Positions 1-10,247 of a stretch of 52,324 bases of DNA are shown in pieces. The DNA is from a virus (Duplodnaviria; Caudoviricetes): positions 1 to 52,324 of the IMG/VR virus record IMGVR_UViG_3300006802_000129. One strand, written 5' to 3'. The stretch's first letter is position 1. Each line of letters starts with the position of its first letter. A program made the position numbers and the translations under genes. The notes beneath the pieces are model-generated. The model was given only the letters and a program-made list of their open reading frames with translations. It did no database searches and was not told the origin of the DNA.

Positions 1-150
1 CGTCACCACCCCACCACTCTCACTCAAAACAGCAGTAGTTCCATCGCTTTTTGTGATCGAATTCCCAGAGGATTTTAGTTTTGCTCCGTCCAGAGTAATT
101 TCAGTAGCACTGACTAAACTGCTAGAGCGTTTGCTGCCGATATAGCTCAT
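1..150 (-). CDS. Virion/tail-fibre-associated protein, 5' part (runs off the window)
   Basis: ATG at 150-148 overlaps the upstream TGA (TGATG coupling). The frame is open to the window edge and reads MSYIGSKRSSSLVSATEITLDGAKLKSSG...; M[SA]YIG starts are typical of marine-phage fibre genes. Confidence 0.6.
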   Translation of the reverse strand, partial: MSYIGSKRSSSLVSATEITLDGAKLKSSGNSITKSDGTTAVLSESGGVVT

Positions 151-485
151 CAGGTAATCTCCAGATAGCTGAGATGTACATCTACTGCTGATGCCGAATC
201 TGCTGTGACTGTCAGGTTTTCATTCGGCACAAGTACCAGCTTTCCACCGTCTAAAAGATTTACTGAAGATCCCACTGGAATTGGAATATTTGTGATGTAG
301 CTTGTATAAGTAGGACTTCCGGTATCGTACTTAATTTCAACAGTTAGTGTACGAGACGCAGAAGATTTGTTTGAGGCTATCAGTCCGATACAAACAACTT
401 CTGTGGCTGAAGCAACATCTGACGCTAAAACATCAGTTCTTGATGTTCCTGCGGTTACTGTCTTTCGGAGGAATGCGTTTGCCAT
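150..485 (-). CDS. Small beta-rich virion structural protein
   Basis: 111 aa; MANAF...IPVGSSVNLLDGGKLVL...SYLEIT pattern resembles small marine-phage structural proteins that follow a gene ending in AIALG. Confidence 0.6.
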   Translation of the reverse strand: MANAFLRKTVTAGTSRTDVLASDVASATEVVCIGLIASNKSSASRTLTVEIKYDTGSPTYTSYITNIPIPVGSSVNLLDGGKLVLVPNENLTVTADSASAVDVHLSYLEIT

Positions 486-488
486 ATT

Positions 489-1829
489 TTAACCTAGTGC
501 TATTGCGAAAGGTATTGGATCAGCACCTGCTGCGCCAGTAGCGCCACGAAGATCTCCTGTGCTAAAACCTAACCCGTCGTTACTCGTAAAAGTAACAATA
601 CCTGTGCTTGAATTATAACTACCTCCAGTAAAGCCAGTACCATCTGTGCCGTCTATGCCATTGGTTCCGGCTGGGCCTGTTGCTCCTGTTGCACCTGTTG
701 CTCCGGTAGCACCCTGTGGGCCTGTTGCTCCTGTTGCACCTGTTGCTCCGGTAGCACCCTGTGGGCCTGTTGCGCCTGTAGCCCCTCGTAAATCGCCCGT
801 ACTAAAGCCTAGTCCGTCATCACTCGTAAAAGTAACTATGCCTGTAGCGGAGTTGTAGCTTCCCCCAGTAAATCCAGTTCCGTCTACTCCAGCAGCACCA
901 GTAGCACCCGTAGCTCCCTGTGGGCCTGTTGCGCCTGTAGCTCCCTGTGGGCCTGTTGCGCCTGTAGCTCCCTGTGGGCCTGTTGCGCCTGTAGCGCCTC
1001 TAACGTCTCCGGTACTAAAACCTAGCCCGTCATCGCTAGTAAACGTTATAACTCCAGTAGAACTATCGTAGCTCCCACCCGTGAACCCATCTCCGGTAGA
1101 ACCTGTAGCTCCTTGTGGGCCTGTAGCTCCTTGTGGGCCTGTTGCGCCTGTAGCTCCTTGTGGGCCTGTAGCTCCTTGTGGGCCTGTTGCGCCTGTAGCC
1201 CCCTGTGGGCCTTGTGCTCCCTGTGGGCCTGTAGCACCTGTAGCGCCATCTACTCCATCACTTGGTTTGGCAAAGGTTACTTCGGTAGATGTACTATCTG
1301 TAAATTGAAACGTGATCCCGTAAGCAGCAGTGGGGTTTTGGGTGCTATTGCCTAGCGAAATACTACTAACTCCTCTACCTGCTGGGCCGGTAACCGAAGG
1401 GATCGTCAGGTCAAAGTTTGTAGTATTGCCTTGGTAGTCAGTAGTCGTGAAACGAGCCTGACTGTTTCCTAGGTTCGTGATGCTCGTTACCGAAGTCCCG
1501 TCATTCCCTGCGTCTCCTTGATCCCCCTTGATCCCAGCAGGTAGTGTCAGTGTCTGATGGTACGCATTGTTACCCCAGGTGACCGTAAACTGAGAACCAT
1601 TCTGAACAATGCTATCAATTCCGTAGCCTCGTGGCCCCTGAGTTGCCTGAGCTACTATATGAGCCAGTGCACCGGAAACCGTAGTTGACGAGTAGGCTGT
1701 CTGATCTGTACTCGACAGAGGGATGTGACTAGCATTCAGCTCATCCGCAACGGTACTTAGGTCGTCACCGACAATTGGCCTTGAGGTGATAGTAAAAGTA
1801 TTTCCTAGTGTATCTTTAAAACTAGCCAT
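489..1829 (-). CDS. Collagen-like (Gly-X-Y) fibre/whisker protein
   Basis: Long [12 protein letters not shown] runs broken by three [23 protein letters not shown] modules. Start placed at MASFK (ATG at 1829, TAATG overlap, upstream GGAGGTGGAG) rather than 1844. Confidence 0.85.
   Translation of the reverse strand: MASFKDTLGNTFTITSRPIVGDDLSTVADELNASHIPLSSTDQTAYSSTTVSGALAHIVAQATQGPRGYGIDSIVQNGSQFTVTWGNNAYHQTLTLPAGIKGDQGDAGNDGTSVTSITNLGNSQARFTTTDYQGNTTNFDLTIPSVTGPAGRGVSSISLGNSTQNPTAAYGITFQFTDSTSTEVTFAKPSDGVDGATGATGPQGAQGPQGATGATGPQGATGPQGATGATGPQGATGPQGATGSTGDGFTGGSYDSSTGVITFTSDDGLGFSTGDVRGATGATGPQGATGATGPQGATGATGPQGATGATGAAGVDGTGFTGGSYNSATGIVTFTSDDGLGFSTGDLRGATGATGPQGATGATGATGATGPQGATGATGATGATGPAGTNGIDGTDGTGFTGGSYNSSTGIVTFTSNDGLGFSTGDLRGATGAAGADPIPFAIALG
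520..1250. repeat. Coding tandem repeats of the collagen-like gene
   Basis: 9/18/27-bp units (cctgtagctccctgtgggcctgttgcg) plus three ~85-bp diverged module copies near 550-640, 790-880 and 1000-1090. Confidence 0.9.
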
Positions 1830-2674
1830 TATCTCCACCTCCAACCGACACGGATTCGTTTCCTCGATGCGCCTGAGTTTCTAGTCATTGAATTCGTAGA
1901 CTCTGATTGGGTAGCATAGCGCACCATCTCTAGGAATCTCTGTCTAAAAACCCCTGATTTCTCTACGTTCCGTAATTCGTTCTCTTTCAAGTATGCCCGC
2001 TCAGCTACGCCAAAAACTAGCGCCTCCTGGTACATAGAACCAACTAGCGGAACGTCAGTATCCGCCTGAGTATTGTTGTAGGTCAACCGATCTCTTGGAG
2101 GGTCGATCACTCCGTCAAACTTAATCACGGAAGTATCTACAATTGCAGTGATAATCCCTGTGGTTGTAGAGAGAACATCGGTAGAGCTGTCGCCCGTCAC
2201 ATCGAATACAGGGATCTGAGAGACTAGCGTAGCACTAAAGAGGTGATCGGAGGTCGTCGGAGTCGGATAGACTCGGAAGGTAGGACTTGAGTTGTGCTCG
2301 ATGACGATTGCTCGGATCGGGCCTGACTGACTCTGCCAGTTTGAATCTACAATCTGACCACTGACTACTCGATTCTCGTCTAATACGCTAGAGGTAACAA
2401 TCGGAATCTCAACGGAAGTATTCTCGATCCGAGCACGCTTGAGGTTCATCAGTGGCGGATTGGACGGACGATTAAAAGAAGAAGTAGCTTCTACAATCGT
2501 TACATCGGAAGTGACTATTGGAAACTCAGTAAGCCGGATGAACTCATGCTGAGCGTCATAGAGATACTGACGCAACTCCGGTGCAGTCCACCGCTTACTA
2601 GTATTAGAACTGTAACTCCCATCCTGTAGTAGAGTAGTTACTCTATCCAGAATTTGTGCTTGAGTCAGGCTCAT
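1829..2674 (-). CDS. Head-to-tail adaptor / tail tubular A-like protein
   Basis: N-terminal [11 protein letters not shown]...[17 protein letters not shown], central RVYPTP, C-terminal [15 protein letters not shown]; position downstream of the capsid genes. Confidence 0.7.
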   Translation of the reverse strand: MSLTQAQILDRVTTLLQDGSYSSNTSKRWTAPELRQYLYDAQHEFIRLTEFPIVTSDVTIVEATSSFNRPSNPPLMNLKRARIENTSVEIPIVTSSVLDENRVVSGQIVDSNWQSQSGPIRAIVIEHNSSPTFRVYPTPTTSDHLFSATLVSQIPVFDVTGDSSTDVLSTTTGIITAIVDTSVIKFDGVIDPPRDRLTYNNTQADTDVPLVGSMYQEALVFGVAERAYLKENELRNVEKSGVFRQRFLEMVRYATQSESTNSMTRNSGASRKRIRVGWRWR

Positions 2675-3158
2675 TCTCCCCTACGTCTAGAGAGTGTTTT
2701 GTCTTTCTAGGTGCTCGTACTATTTTAGCTTTTGCTTCTGCTTGAGCTTCCATACCTGTAGCGGTATCGATAATTGTACCTTGAGCATCCTTAACAGGCA
2801 TAATTACAGTAATCGGAAAACGTGGCCTCTGGTATCCTTCGGGTGGCTTGTAATACTGGGTCTGTGTGTACTCAGTAATTACACACTCTAACAACCTATT
2901 TATATGGACACCACTTACAATTCTAGCAGATCCTCTAGGAATTACTGTTGGAAACCCATTAACCGATACACTAACTGCTTCAGTCTCGTGGTGATCCCGA
3001 CCCATTTCCACACGGATTACTCCGAAACCTGGGGGTACGGATTCCGGCTTGCCATCCCACTCAGGGGCAAGGTTGTGTCGGCTATTGACTGTATGATAGC
3101 GACCAGTGCCTGAGTTGTACTCACTCGAAGTCTGGTTTGGTACGTATGTATAATTCAT
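2643..3158 (-). CDS. Conserved head-associated protein
   Basis: VSVSVNG..VIPRG...RPRFP pattern typical of genes next to N4-gp56-type capsids; GGAG RBS. Confidence 0.55.
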   Translation of the reverse strand: MNYTYVPNQTSSEYNSGTGRYHTVNSRHNLAPEWDGKPESVPPGFGVIRVEMGRDHHETEAVSVSVNGFPTVIPRGSARIVSGVHINRLLECVITEYTQTQYYKPPEGYQRPRFPITVIMPVKDAQGTIIDTATGMEAQAEAKAKIVRAPRKTKHSLDVGENEPDSSTNSG

Positions 3159-3175
3159 AGCTCCACTTTAGAATC

Positions 3176-3199
3176 AGAGGACTACCGAAGTAGTCCTCT
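3176..3199 (-). terminator. Hairpin with cUUCGg tetraloop (terminator or stability hairpin)
   Basis: agaggactac-cgaa-gtagtcctct, perfect 10-bp stem; minus-strand loop TTCG; U-tail is weak. Confidence 0.55.
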
Positions 3200-3205
3200 T
3201 AGTTA

Positions 3206-3646
3206 TTATACGTAGCTCGTCACCTTTGTCGGGTGGACGTTCGCATCAAAGCGATAAACTACATAAGCATAGACTGCTCCGGTAGAAGCAGATCCAGCCG
3301 TGTTAATAAATGTGAATCGGATCGTTCGATCCGGTAGTGAGGCTACCGGAACCCACTTCGTTTCCATCTCATAGATTGTTTCACTGTTAGCAGCGTTAAG
3401 ATCTACAGGATTTGTTGGAGTAAAGTAGTCTTCATCCGCAGCTACGCCTACACCTGCAAGGTGTCCTGCGTCTACGGTAACTACTTGGTCGAAGTCATTC
3501 TTCACAACATAGACAATCTTCTCGACAATCGATTCGGGCGGAACCGTAATGTCGAAATATTTTGTCTCGTTAGCCGTCATAGCTGTCACAGCAATGTGTT
3601 CCGTACACTGTGGGACATAGCTCATTTGCATCTTGTCAGATCGCAT
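3206..3646 (-). CDS. Capsid decoration/cement-like protein
   Basis: 146 aa beta-rich protein directly after the major capsid gene; AGGAG RBS. Confidence 0.5.
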   Translation of the reverse strand: MRSDKMQMSYVPQCTEHIAVTAMTANETKYFDITVPPESIVEKIVYVVKNDFDQVVTVDAGHLAGVGVAADEDYFTPTNPVDLNAANSETIYEMETKWVPVASLPDRTIRFTFINTAGSASTGAVYAYVVYRFDANVHPTKVTSYV

Positions 3647-3667
3647 AGTCTTCTCCTAAGAGCTGGT

Positions 3668-3690
3668 AGCTAGTGCTACTAGCACTAGCT
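3668..3690. promoter_or_regulatory. Intergenic inverted repeat after the capsid gene
   Basis: agctagtgcta-c-tagcactagct, 11-bp perfect arms. Confidence 0.5.
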
Positions 3691-3701
3691 TAATAATAAA
3701 A

Positions 3702-4856
3702 TTAGACGTTGGTACTATACGGAGCAGGAGGATTGTACCAGTTGGTTGCTGAAGTCGTTCCGGTAGTTACCTCAGGGGTAAAGGCCGAAGCAGCAGTCTC
3801 AATGGAAACCATCCAATCTTCGTTTAAGATAATAGAACCAAACATAAACGTATACCCCACCGTACCACGCTGGCCTAGAGGGTCAGTACCGCTAGGAGTA
3901 GGTCGTACTACCTTTGGTACAATGCTATCCATCCCGCCAATCGTTGCTGTCCCTACAGAGTCTCTAGCAAAGATTACAATCGGGTAAACATCTGTTTTAC
4001 CATTATTAGTCAATACAGGGGTGTTTGCATGTGGAGTAGCACCAGCACCCTGAGAAGTGTCACCGTTTCGGTCAAACGGAACTGCTTGGGTAGTGGCAAT
4101 AAAACGAATTCCGTTGTAGGAACCCATCTCAAAGTCCATCACATCTCCGCTAGCATACTTCTCAACTGGTACAAACCCTTCAATGTTCTCCAGGTCGTAG
4201 CGCAGATTCGGATGACAGATTGCAATGAATCCAGCACGGATCGGCTCAGTCGCTACATCAGGACTAGCAGCTAACATTTCGGTCATCTTCACGGCGTCAT
4301 TGTTCTCTAGGAATCGAATAGCCTGATCGAACTCTTTACCCGTAGTAGATAAGATTCCGTTAACATTATCTCGTCTAGTTACTGCAACAGCAGGGCTAGA
4401 GTTAGATCCATCATTGGTGTAGATCACGTTAGCAGGGGAACGGAAATGCTTATAAGCTAGCATGTCCATTGTCTCGGCTGCTTGGATCGCTTGTCTGTCA
4501 CTAATGATACTGATGTAAGGATCTTGTCCTAAAAGTTCCATCAAGTCTGTCACAGGCGTGTAACGTCCGTACTGACGGATAGAATGTGAAATCACTTCAG
4601 ATTCTAGCGTGTCGAAATCAGGAGTTACACCCTCGCCTAGTGGGGTAGTATTGATCGGGAACTTCTTATATCTACGATGTCGAATCGTGTTGCCCTCTCC
4701 TGTACCCTTTGAATCCTTCTGAGCGAAGCGAGCAAAGGTTAAATGTTTTTGGGCAATCGGTAACATCTTTGACTGAATCGTCAAAGCATCCTCGGTGCTC
4801 AGATCTCCGTAAAGAGATCCAGCTACCGTTGTATAATTAGTAGCTGTAATAGCCAT
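3702..4856 (-). CDS. Major capsid protein, N4-gp56 family
   Basis: PLGEGVTP, QYGRY..VTD, ICHP.LRYDL, GIRFI and DPLGQRGTVG motifs; follows portal and scaffold. Confidence 0.92.
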   Translation of the reverse strand: MAITATNYTTVAGSLYGDLSTEDALTIQSKMLPIAQKHLTFARFAQKDSKGTGEGNTIRHRRYKKFPINTTPLGEGVTPDFDTLESEVISHSIRQYGRYTPVTDLMELLGQDPYISIISDRQAIQAAETMDMLAYKHFRSPANVIYTNDGSNSSPAVAVTRRDNVNGILSTTGKEFDQAIRFLENNDAVKMTEMLAASPDVATEPIRAGFIAICHPNLRYDLENIEGFVPVEKYASGDVMDFEMGSYNGIRFIATTQAVPFDRNGDTSQGAGATPHANTPVLTNNGKTDVYPIVIFARDSVGTATIGGMDSIVPKVVRPTPSGTDPLGQRGTVGYTFMFGSIILNEDWMVSIETAASAFTPEVTTGTTSATNWYNPPAPYSTNV

Positions 4857-4864
4857 GTCTTCTC

Positions 4865-5818
4865 CTATGCACTTGCACTAGTTAATTTGCTCCAAAACGC
4901 TAGTTTGTCGTCCTGCGACTCCACTCGTCTTGGAGCTTGATTACGTACAGGTGGCTTTGAGGGCATGGGCCGACTAGCAGCTACTCGCCTAGGATTAACT
5001 GCCGGAGCAGGAGCTTCTTCGGGAGGGCTAGGTCGGTGCGCCTGATCAGGGTAGTCGTATAAGTAAGATCTTACTAGATCCACAAAACCTACCGGATTCT
5101 CAAAGTCCAACACTGCATTCTTACGACTCGCACTACTTAGCACCCACTGAGCAAAGTCTGGATCATCCAGATCTAGCTGAGCAGAGTTGGTAATGCCTAG
5201 TTCTTTGTTTGCTATTGCATGACGTTCGTTGAGCTTTTGCTGTACGTACTTCTCATGCTTCGCTTTGCGTACTTCTTGAAGATCTCCTTCTATCGCTTGG
5301 TTCGCTCGACCTAGCCTATGCTGGATCAAAGCGTCGATTCCTTGAAACAATTCGGGAAATGTCTCGACTTCTTCTCGAACAGTTGGTGATAGCTGATCCA
5401 TAATGTCGGAAAAGATCGCATCCGCATTTGGTTCTGCAGTATTCTTACTACTCTCACTAGTAACTGGTGCTTGTTGAAGCTGAGCTACTTGTGCTTTTAA
5501 CTGTTCAATACTATCAGCAAGCTGCTTATTCTCCCCTTTGAGGGTTGAAATGAACTGCTGTGAGTCTCGGAATCGCTTTACTAGTTTCGGGTCGTTAACT
5601 AGTGGATCTGGAGTCTCTGGTTCTACTTTGGGCGGAGGGTCTGGCTCCCGCTCAGGTTCGGGTTCGCTAGTTTCAGCTACCTCTTCAACTGGTGTCGCAG
5701 GAATAGGTGCACTAGCTTCTTGACCTGTGAGCTTGGCCCATAATTCATCTCGATCTAGAGGGGTTTCCTCTGTAGTTTCCTCCGGCTGAACCGGATTCTG
5801 GTCTGTTTTAGTAGCCAT
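4865..5818 (-). CDS. Scaffolding protein
   Basis: Acidic, Pro-rich N-terminus, KRFRDSQ coiled coil, DPDFAQWV motif; lies between portal and capsid. Confidence 0.75.
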   Translation of the reverse strand: MATKTDQNPVQPEETTEETPLDRDELWAKLTGQEASAPIPATPVEEVAETSEPEPEREPDPPPKVEPETPDPLVNDPKLVKRFRDSQQFISTLKGENKQLADSIEQLKAQVAQLQQAPVTSESSKNTAEPNADAIFSDIMDQLSPTVREEVETFPELFQGIDALIQHRLGRANQAIEGDLQEVRKAKHEKYVQQKLNERHAIANKELGITNSAQLDLDDPDFAQWVLSSASRKNAVLDFENPVGFVDLVRSYLYDYPDQAHRPSPPEEAPAPAVNPRRVAASRPMPSKPPVRNQAPRRVESQDDKLAFWSKLTSASA

Positions 5819-5827
5819 AAGGTCTAC

Positions 5828-6076
5828 TTAGCTCCGTTTGGTGTGACGTTCGGGGTAATCTAGCAGTTCTTTGAACGCTTGGATCTTCCCAACCCGTAAA
5901 TTGTGGTCAGATAGCTGCTCCGGTGTCACCGGATGGGCTAATCTGTCCAGTTCTTGCTGCATTCGTAGCCTCAAATACCCGCTCAGGTGCTGCCACAGTC
6001 TGCTTTGAGCGAGGATTTGCAGCTCTTCCGGTGACAGGGGGTGATCCTGCCATTGGTAGTTGTTCGGGTGCTCCAC
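5828..6076 (-). CDS. Small portal-adjacent head protein
   Basis: LWQHL...RVGKIQAFKELLDYPE helical pattern typical of small genes after podoviral portals; start uncertain because it overlaps the portal 3' end. Confidence 0.6.
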   Translation of the reverse strand: MEHPNNYQWQDHPLSPEELQILAQSRLWQHLSGYLRLRMQQELDRLAHPVTPEQLSDHNLRVGKIQAFKELLDYPERHTKRS

Positions 6077-8174
6077 TCATCCCTTCCATTTGCTGACTTT
6101 GTAGTAATCTTTGGCGAACTTGCGCCATTTCTTCCTTAATTAGCACGCTCAAGTCGCTAAAATCGCTAGGCTGACCTGGATCTACGCCCATTTCTAGCAT
6201 TTTTAGCACTTTCTGGATTTCTAGATCCCGTCTCTGCTCTCCAATGGAGAGTCTTTCGTCTAAGCTAGCTTTCAATTTGACCTGCTGCTGCTCGATTTGA
6301 GCTTCTAGACCCTTGACTTTCGCCTCCATTTCTAGTTTTTGCTGCATAGCAGCCTGTTGCTGCTGCTGATCTCGCTGTAAATCCTCTGCAGTTTTTAACA
6401 TTTCGTCAGGATCTAGCGAAAATGCACGTAACATCGGCTTGGCAAAACGATCAATCTTCATCAAGTTGACTAGTGCCGGAACATTCATCACGATTTGCAG
6501 GAATTGCAACATCTGCTGGTTATGAATCTCCTCTGCTACAAACCTCTCATAGCCTGTACAGATCGCTTCGGCATCACAATGCAGGTTTGGATCGTCGCTA
6601 TCGACTAGTATCCAGCGGTATATCCCATCAATAGATCCTTGAAGTATCCGAGAAATGCTCTGAATGACAGAAGCTGTCTGCTTCTGGGAATTTGTATTGA
6701 GCAGGGACATCCCTGTGGCTGTTTTAGTCTGATAGCTAGCAGACTGACCTATCCCGATTGGGCTTTGACCACTAGAAAGATTGGCCTCTTTTTGCAGGAA
6801 GTTCATCATGTCCATCAAACCATGCGTCACATCCGGTATTACAATAGAACGGAAAGCACTATTGATGTCTGTACCTGGCAAGAAAGTGATCGGTTTCCCA
6901 GGTTCTAGGTTCTGGAGGTCAACTTCATGTCCGATTTGCGAAGGATCTACGGCTAGTAGCGGCATAGAAGAGATCTGTTTGCCTTCCACATACATAGCCA
7001 TTGTAAAGTTTAGTAGGCTTTGAATGTCCCTAATAGACCAGAAGATCCCATCACCCCAAATACTGTGTGGAACTTGCTGCCAGTAGCCAAAATGATACGG
7101 TAGCATCCCATCGTAAGGGCTGATTGTAGCTTTGACTGTACGATCTCCTAGTACATATACACATACCGGAATGATCGTGAGGTCGCCAAAGTCAGACTTG
7201 TCAATAAATCCTTCCAGATCGTCTGCATCCAGAGTTCCCCAAAATTCTAAAAGCTCGTACTCCTTCTCCTCTTCCCCACCTGTTGTCTCCTGATGCGGAT
7301 TGAGAGGCTGAGCAACCTCTGTTGTTTTGGTAAATACTCTGCGACCTAGTACATCGGAGATAGCATCCTGATCAAAACCTGTGTCTAGCGTAAGTAGCTG
7401 ACGAACTTGTACGGAAGATAGTTGCTTGCGTTCAATAATATAGCTAACGTCGTTAATATTCTCCGCTTCTGGAGAGGGATAGATATCAAAAATAGAGACG
7501 AATTTTGCAGAGGGAACTAGTTCTTCCTCGATTGCTGATTCGATTCGCTGTAGACGATTAGCGTATTTACCTTTATATACTGGGTAGTTTCGATGTTGTA
7601 GTACTGGGGACTTCATGACCCCAGTCCCGTGTAGTATCAGCTCGTGAATACTCTTCGAGATCTCAGAAGTAAATTGGGTCTTGTCTAGTATATCTCGAAT
7701 TCTATCTTCTATATTGTGTGCACGGTCTTCTAGAATTTCATCAATCGGTAGTTCTTTGCGGAGTTCAGCCAGATAAGTCTGCCTCTCCCTGTCCGTCATC
7801 TCAGCCATTCCCTCTGCAAACTGATGAATATCGCTAGGAATAAAGCGTGGGTATCGGGTCGGCTGGATAGTAAAAGGGATCTCGCCATTGCGGAATAGCA
7901 TAGCGTTGATCTTGATGTGAGCAGAGGAAACCTCTCGTCGAGTAATCTGCATAAACGGCGGACGGTTCGGTGCACTATCCGTATCATAGGGCGTACTATC
8001 GAATTTTCCGTTAAACGCATCTTCTCCCGGTAACCATCGATCCGCCTCTATATTCTTGCGATAAGTACTAGCCGACTCAAACTTCTCTCGTACTAGCGTA
8101 GCAAGAGTATCACTGCGGGTTAGTGACTCGTCCACACTGGGTTCTGTGTTTTCGTCGTAGGGATTGTATGCCAT
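5907..8174 (-). CDS. Portal protein
   Basis: 755 aa after the terminase; LHGTGVMKSP, DIYPSPEA, YELLEFWG, HSIWGDGI, KTATGMSLL; Q-rich coiled-coil tail. Confidence 0.9.
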   Translation of the reverse strand: MAYNPYDENTEPSVDESLTRSDTLATLVREKFESASTYRKNIEADRWLPGEDAFNGKFDSTPYDTDSAPNRPPFMQITRREVSSAHIKINAMLFRNGEIPFTIQPTRYPRFIPSDIHQFAEGMAEMTDRERQTYLAELRKELPIDEILEDRAHNIEDRIRDILDKTQFTSEISKSIHELILHGTGVMKSPVLQHRNYPVYKGKYANRLQRIESAIEEELVPSAKFVSIFDIYPSPEAENINDVSYIIERKQLSSVQVRQLLTLDTGFDQDAISDVLGRRVFTKTTEVAQPLNPHQETTGGEEEKEYELLEFWGTLDADDLEGFIDKSDFGDLTIIPVCVYVLGDRTVKATISPYDGMLPYHFGYWQQVPHSIWGDGIFWSIRDIQSLLNFTMAMYVEGKQISSMPLLAVDPSQIGHEVDLQNLEPGKPITFLPGTDINSAFRSIVIPDVTHGLMDMMNFLQKEANLSSGQSPIGIGQSASYQTKTATGMSLLNTNSQKQTASVIQSISRILQGSIDGIYRWILVDSDDPNLHCDAEAICTGYERFVAEEIHNQQMLQFLQIVMNVPALVNLMKIDRFAKPMLRAFSLDPDEMLKTAEDLQRDQQQQQAAMQQKLEMEAKVKGLEAQIEQQQVKLKASLDERLSIGEQRRDLEIQKVLKMLEMGVDPGQPSDFSDLSVLIKEEMAQVRQRLLQSQQMEGMSGAPEQLPMAGSPPVTGRAANPRSKQTVAAPERVFEATNAARTGQISPSGDTGAAI

Positions 8175-8176
8175 AG

Positions 8177-9928
8177 TTAACTAGGAGCTACGTGCCTAAA
8201 TAGGTTTCTTCTAGTACTAGTAGTGAGAGGAGATGTTTCAAAGCTATGTCGGTACGGGTGCTTCACTACTCCCCAGGCTGCTAGTGCGAGTGCCATCACA
8301 CAGTCATCGTGACTTCCATGATTTGCTGCCTCTTTTCCATTTGCTAGTATAACAAAAGTCATCAACTCGTCAACTATTCTAGGTGAGTGAACTAGTAGCT
8401 CTTCAGTACGTAATAGCTCACGTAGTACATCTATTAGTTGTGGCCTAGTACGAATCGTTGTCAGGAAGCCTACTCGTTTTGTACGTTTAGCTGTTTTCTC
8501 GTCCTGCTTGATCTCGTTATATAATTGAGTGTAGTGATGCTTATCGAGCAATGCTCTCAATGTTACTAGTCCGTGGTTGTTTCGTTCTACTACTAACATA
8601 GCTTCATTATAGTATTGTGCTAGTGTTGTCAACTTCCAACCTAATAAATCAGGGTCAGTCTTTGTTCGCAGTAGGGCTACCTGCTCCATGCTATGAGCAT
8701 CTAGTACTGTTGCTACTGACCAGTCTGTGTCCCGATCATTTATTTCTATCCCTCCGGAAACATCAACACCGATCCGGTAAGCTACTCCAGAAGTGGGTGG
8801 TCTGAAGACCTCAAGCTCCCCGAATTTATCCGGTTCCATTTTATAAATATAACTACCAGCCTCTGTGTAACGATTGACTTCTAGGTTATAGCGTTCCGGC
8901 TCACGCTCTAATTCTACTCTTTGGCGTATTCTTTCTAACAGATTTCGGTCAAACACCATCCTACCGCTGGCAAGGAAAGCTTCTCTAGCACTGGTAGGGT
9001 AATCTTGGTGAAAGTCTTCTAGCCTACCTTGACAATTGATATCGATAGCCTGTCTGCGCCAGTACAAGTTTTCTAGAGTTACTTTGAAACTGAAGTGACC
9101 TTCGTCTCCTAGGTCGTAGACAATCGTCTCATCAAGTAAACGTACTTCCTCTTCTCCTCCGTACCTGGGATCTTTGCCAAGCGATTCAACAAACTCTTCT
9201 TTTGCCGCTTTATTAGGAAACTTTTTCGAGTAGCTTTCAAAAACAAACCACGGGAAGAAATCCGCTTCGTATCCTGTGCTAGTGCTGTCATGGGCGTCCC
9301 AAAACATCTGATAAAAGAAACCGCCTACCCCTCGTGCAGTAGACTCAAAGATCACTTCCGTATTATCCGCTATTGCTACGTTTTTCAATAGTGCACTAGC
9401 ATAATCTTTTGCGCTATTACCCCACCGAGACACTTCGGAGCAGTGGAGGTAGGAGATTTGATCTCCGACGATCTCTGAGCCTCCTGCTGTACCTAGTCGG
9501 AATCTAGTATTCAATTGCTCCCAGTGTAGCTCTCGTCTGCCGCTATACCCCACTTTAGGTTTGAGAGCAGACGGGTGGTTCCGCTCCATCGTCCTTACCA
9601 TATTAAATAGGGTCAGATTTGTTTCATCATCGTGCGCTACAATTGCGATTCTTTTCTGCTTAGCAAAAGTGCTAGCTCGATAGTATCTTGCGAGGCAGTA
9701 AGTGGAGAGTCCACTTCGTCGTGGTTTGAGTACTACTCGACGTACAAAGCCTGTCCGTTTTAACTGCTCTTGGCACTTATGATGTAGTATTTTTTGTACG
9801 TTATTTAGCTCAAAAGGTATCAATTGACCTGAGCCAAAAGCCTCTATTTTAATAATAGTTTTATAGTAGAAAAGAGGATCATCTTTTAATTTCTGTATAA
9901 ACTTTTGATAGTCTGCTTCTTTTGCCAT
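8177..9928 (-). CDS. Terminase large subunit
   Basis: VVLKPRRSGLST (Walker A-like), LHCSEVSRW, ESTARG, RNase H-like IGVDVSGG, VERNNHG, HDDCVMALALA. Confidence 0.95.
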   Translation of the reverse strand: MAKEADYQKFIQKLKDDPLFYYKTIIKIEAFGSGQLIPFELNNVQKILHHKCQEQLKRTGFVRRVVLKPRRSGLSTYCLARYYRASTFAKQKRIAIVAHDDETNLTLFNMVRTMERNHPSALKPKVGYSGRRELHWEQLNTRFRLGTAGGSEIVGDQISYLHCSEVSRWGNSAKDYASALLKNVAIADNTEVIFESTARGVGGFFYQMFWDAHDSTSTGYEADFFPWFVFESYSKKFPNKAAKEEFVESLGKDPRYGGEEEVRLLDETIVYDLGDEGHFSFKVTLENLYWRRQAIDINCQGRLEDFHQDYPTSAREAFLASGRMVFDRNLLERIRQRVELEREPERYNLEVNRYTEAGSYIYKMEPDKFGELEVFRPPTSGVAYRIGVDVSGGIEINDRDTDWSVATVLDAHSMEQVALLRTKTDPDLLGWKLTTLAQYYNEAMLVVERNNHGLVTLRALLDKHHYTQLYNEIKQDEKTAKRTKRVGFLTTIRTRPQLIDVLRELLRTEELLVHSPRIVDELMTFVILANGKEAANHGSHDDCVMALALAAWGVVKHPYRHSFETSPLTTSTRRNLFRHVAPS

Positions 9929-10133
9929 AGGAGTCCCAAAAAAGTTACCGTACCCCGTGTAATATCAGAAAGTTATCAGCCTAACCTAAACGTGTGTGAA
10001 AATCTACTAGGGGAGGTAATAATATAATAGTACGTATGCGTGTGTGCCCCCAGGGGTATGCTAGGTAGGGAAAGCCCTAGCAGACCAGCAGCCCTAGCAG
10101 AACTAGTCCCTTTAGGGACTAACGGAAACAAAC

Positions 10134-10162
10134 TTGACACTTTTCGTTGGTTGGCGGATAAT
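10134..10162 (+). promoter_or_regulatory. Sigma70-type early promoter
   Basis: TTGACA (10134-10139), 17-nt spacer, GATAAT (10157-10162), upstream of the first plus-strand gene. Confidence 0.75.
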
Positions 10163-10247
10163 AGTGGCAGATCGAGCAGGTCGGCTTGATCACGGCTAGT
10201 AACTAGTACTAGTCGCACTACCTACACGCCATTACTATGAGGTACTT

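Noticed and set aside
520-1250. CRISPR array
   Set aside because: The repeats are in-frame collagen codons with no unique spacers. The Cas4-like gene is the usual DUF2800 replication nuclease and no other cas genes are present.
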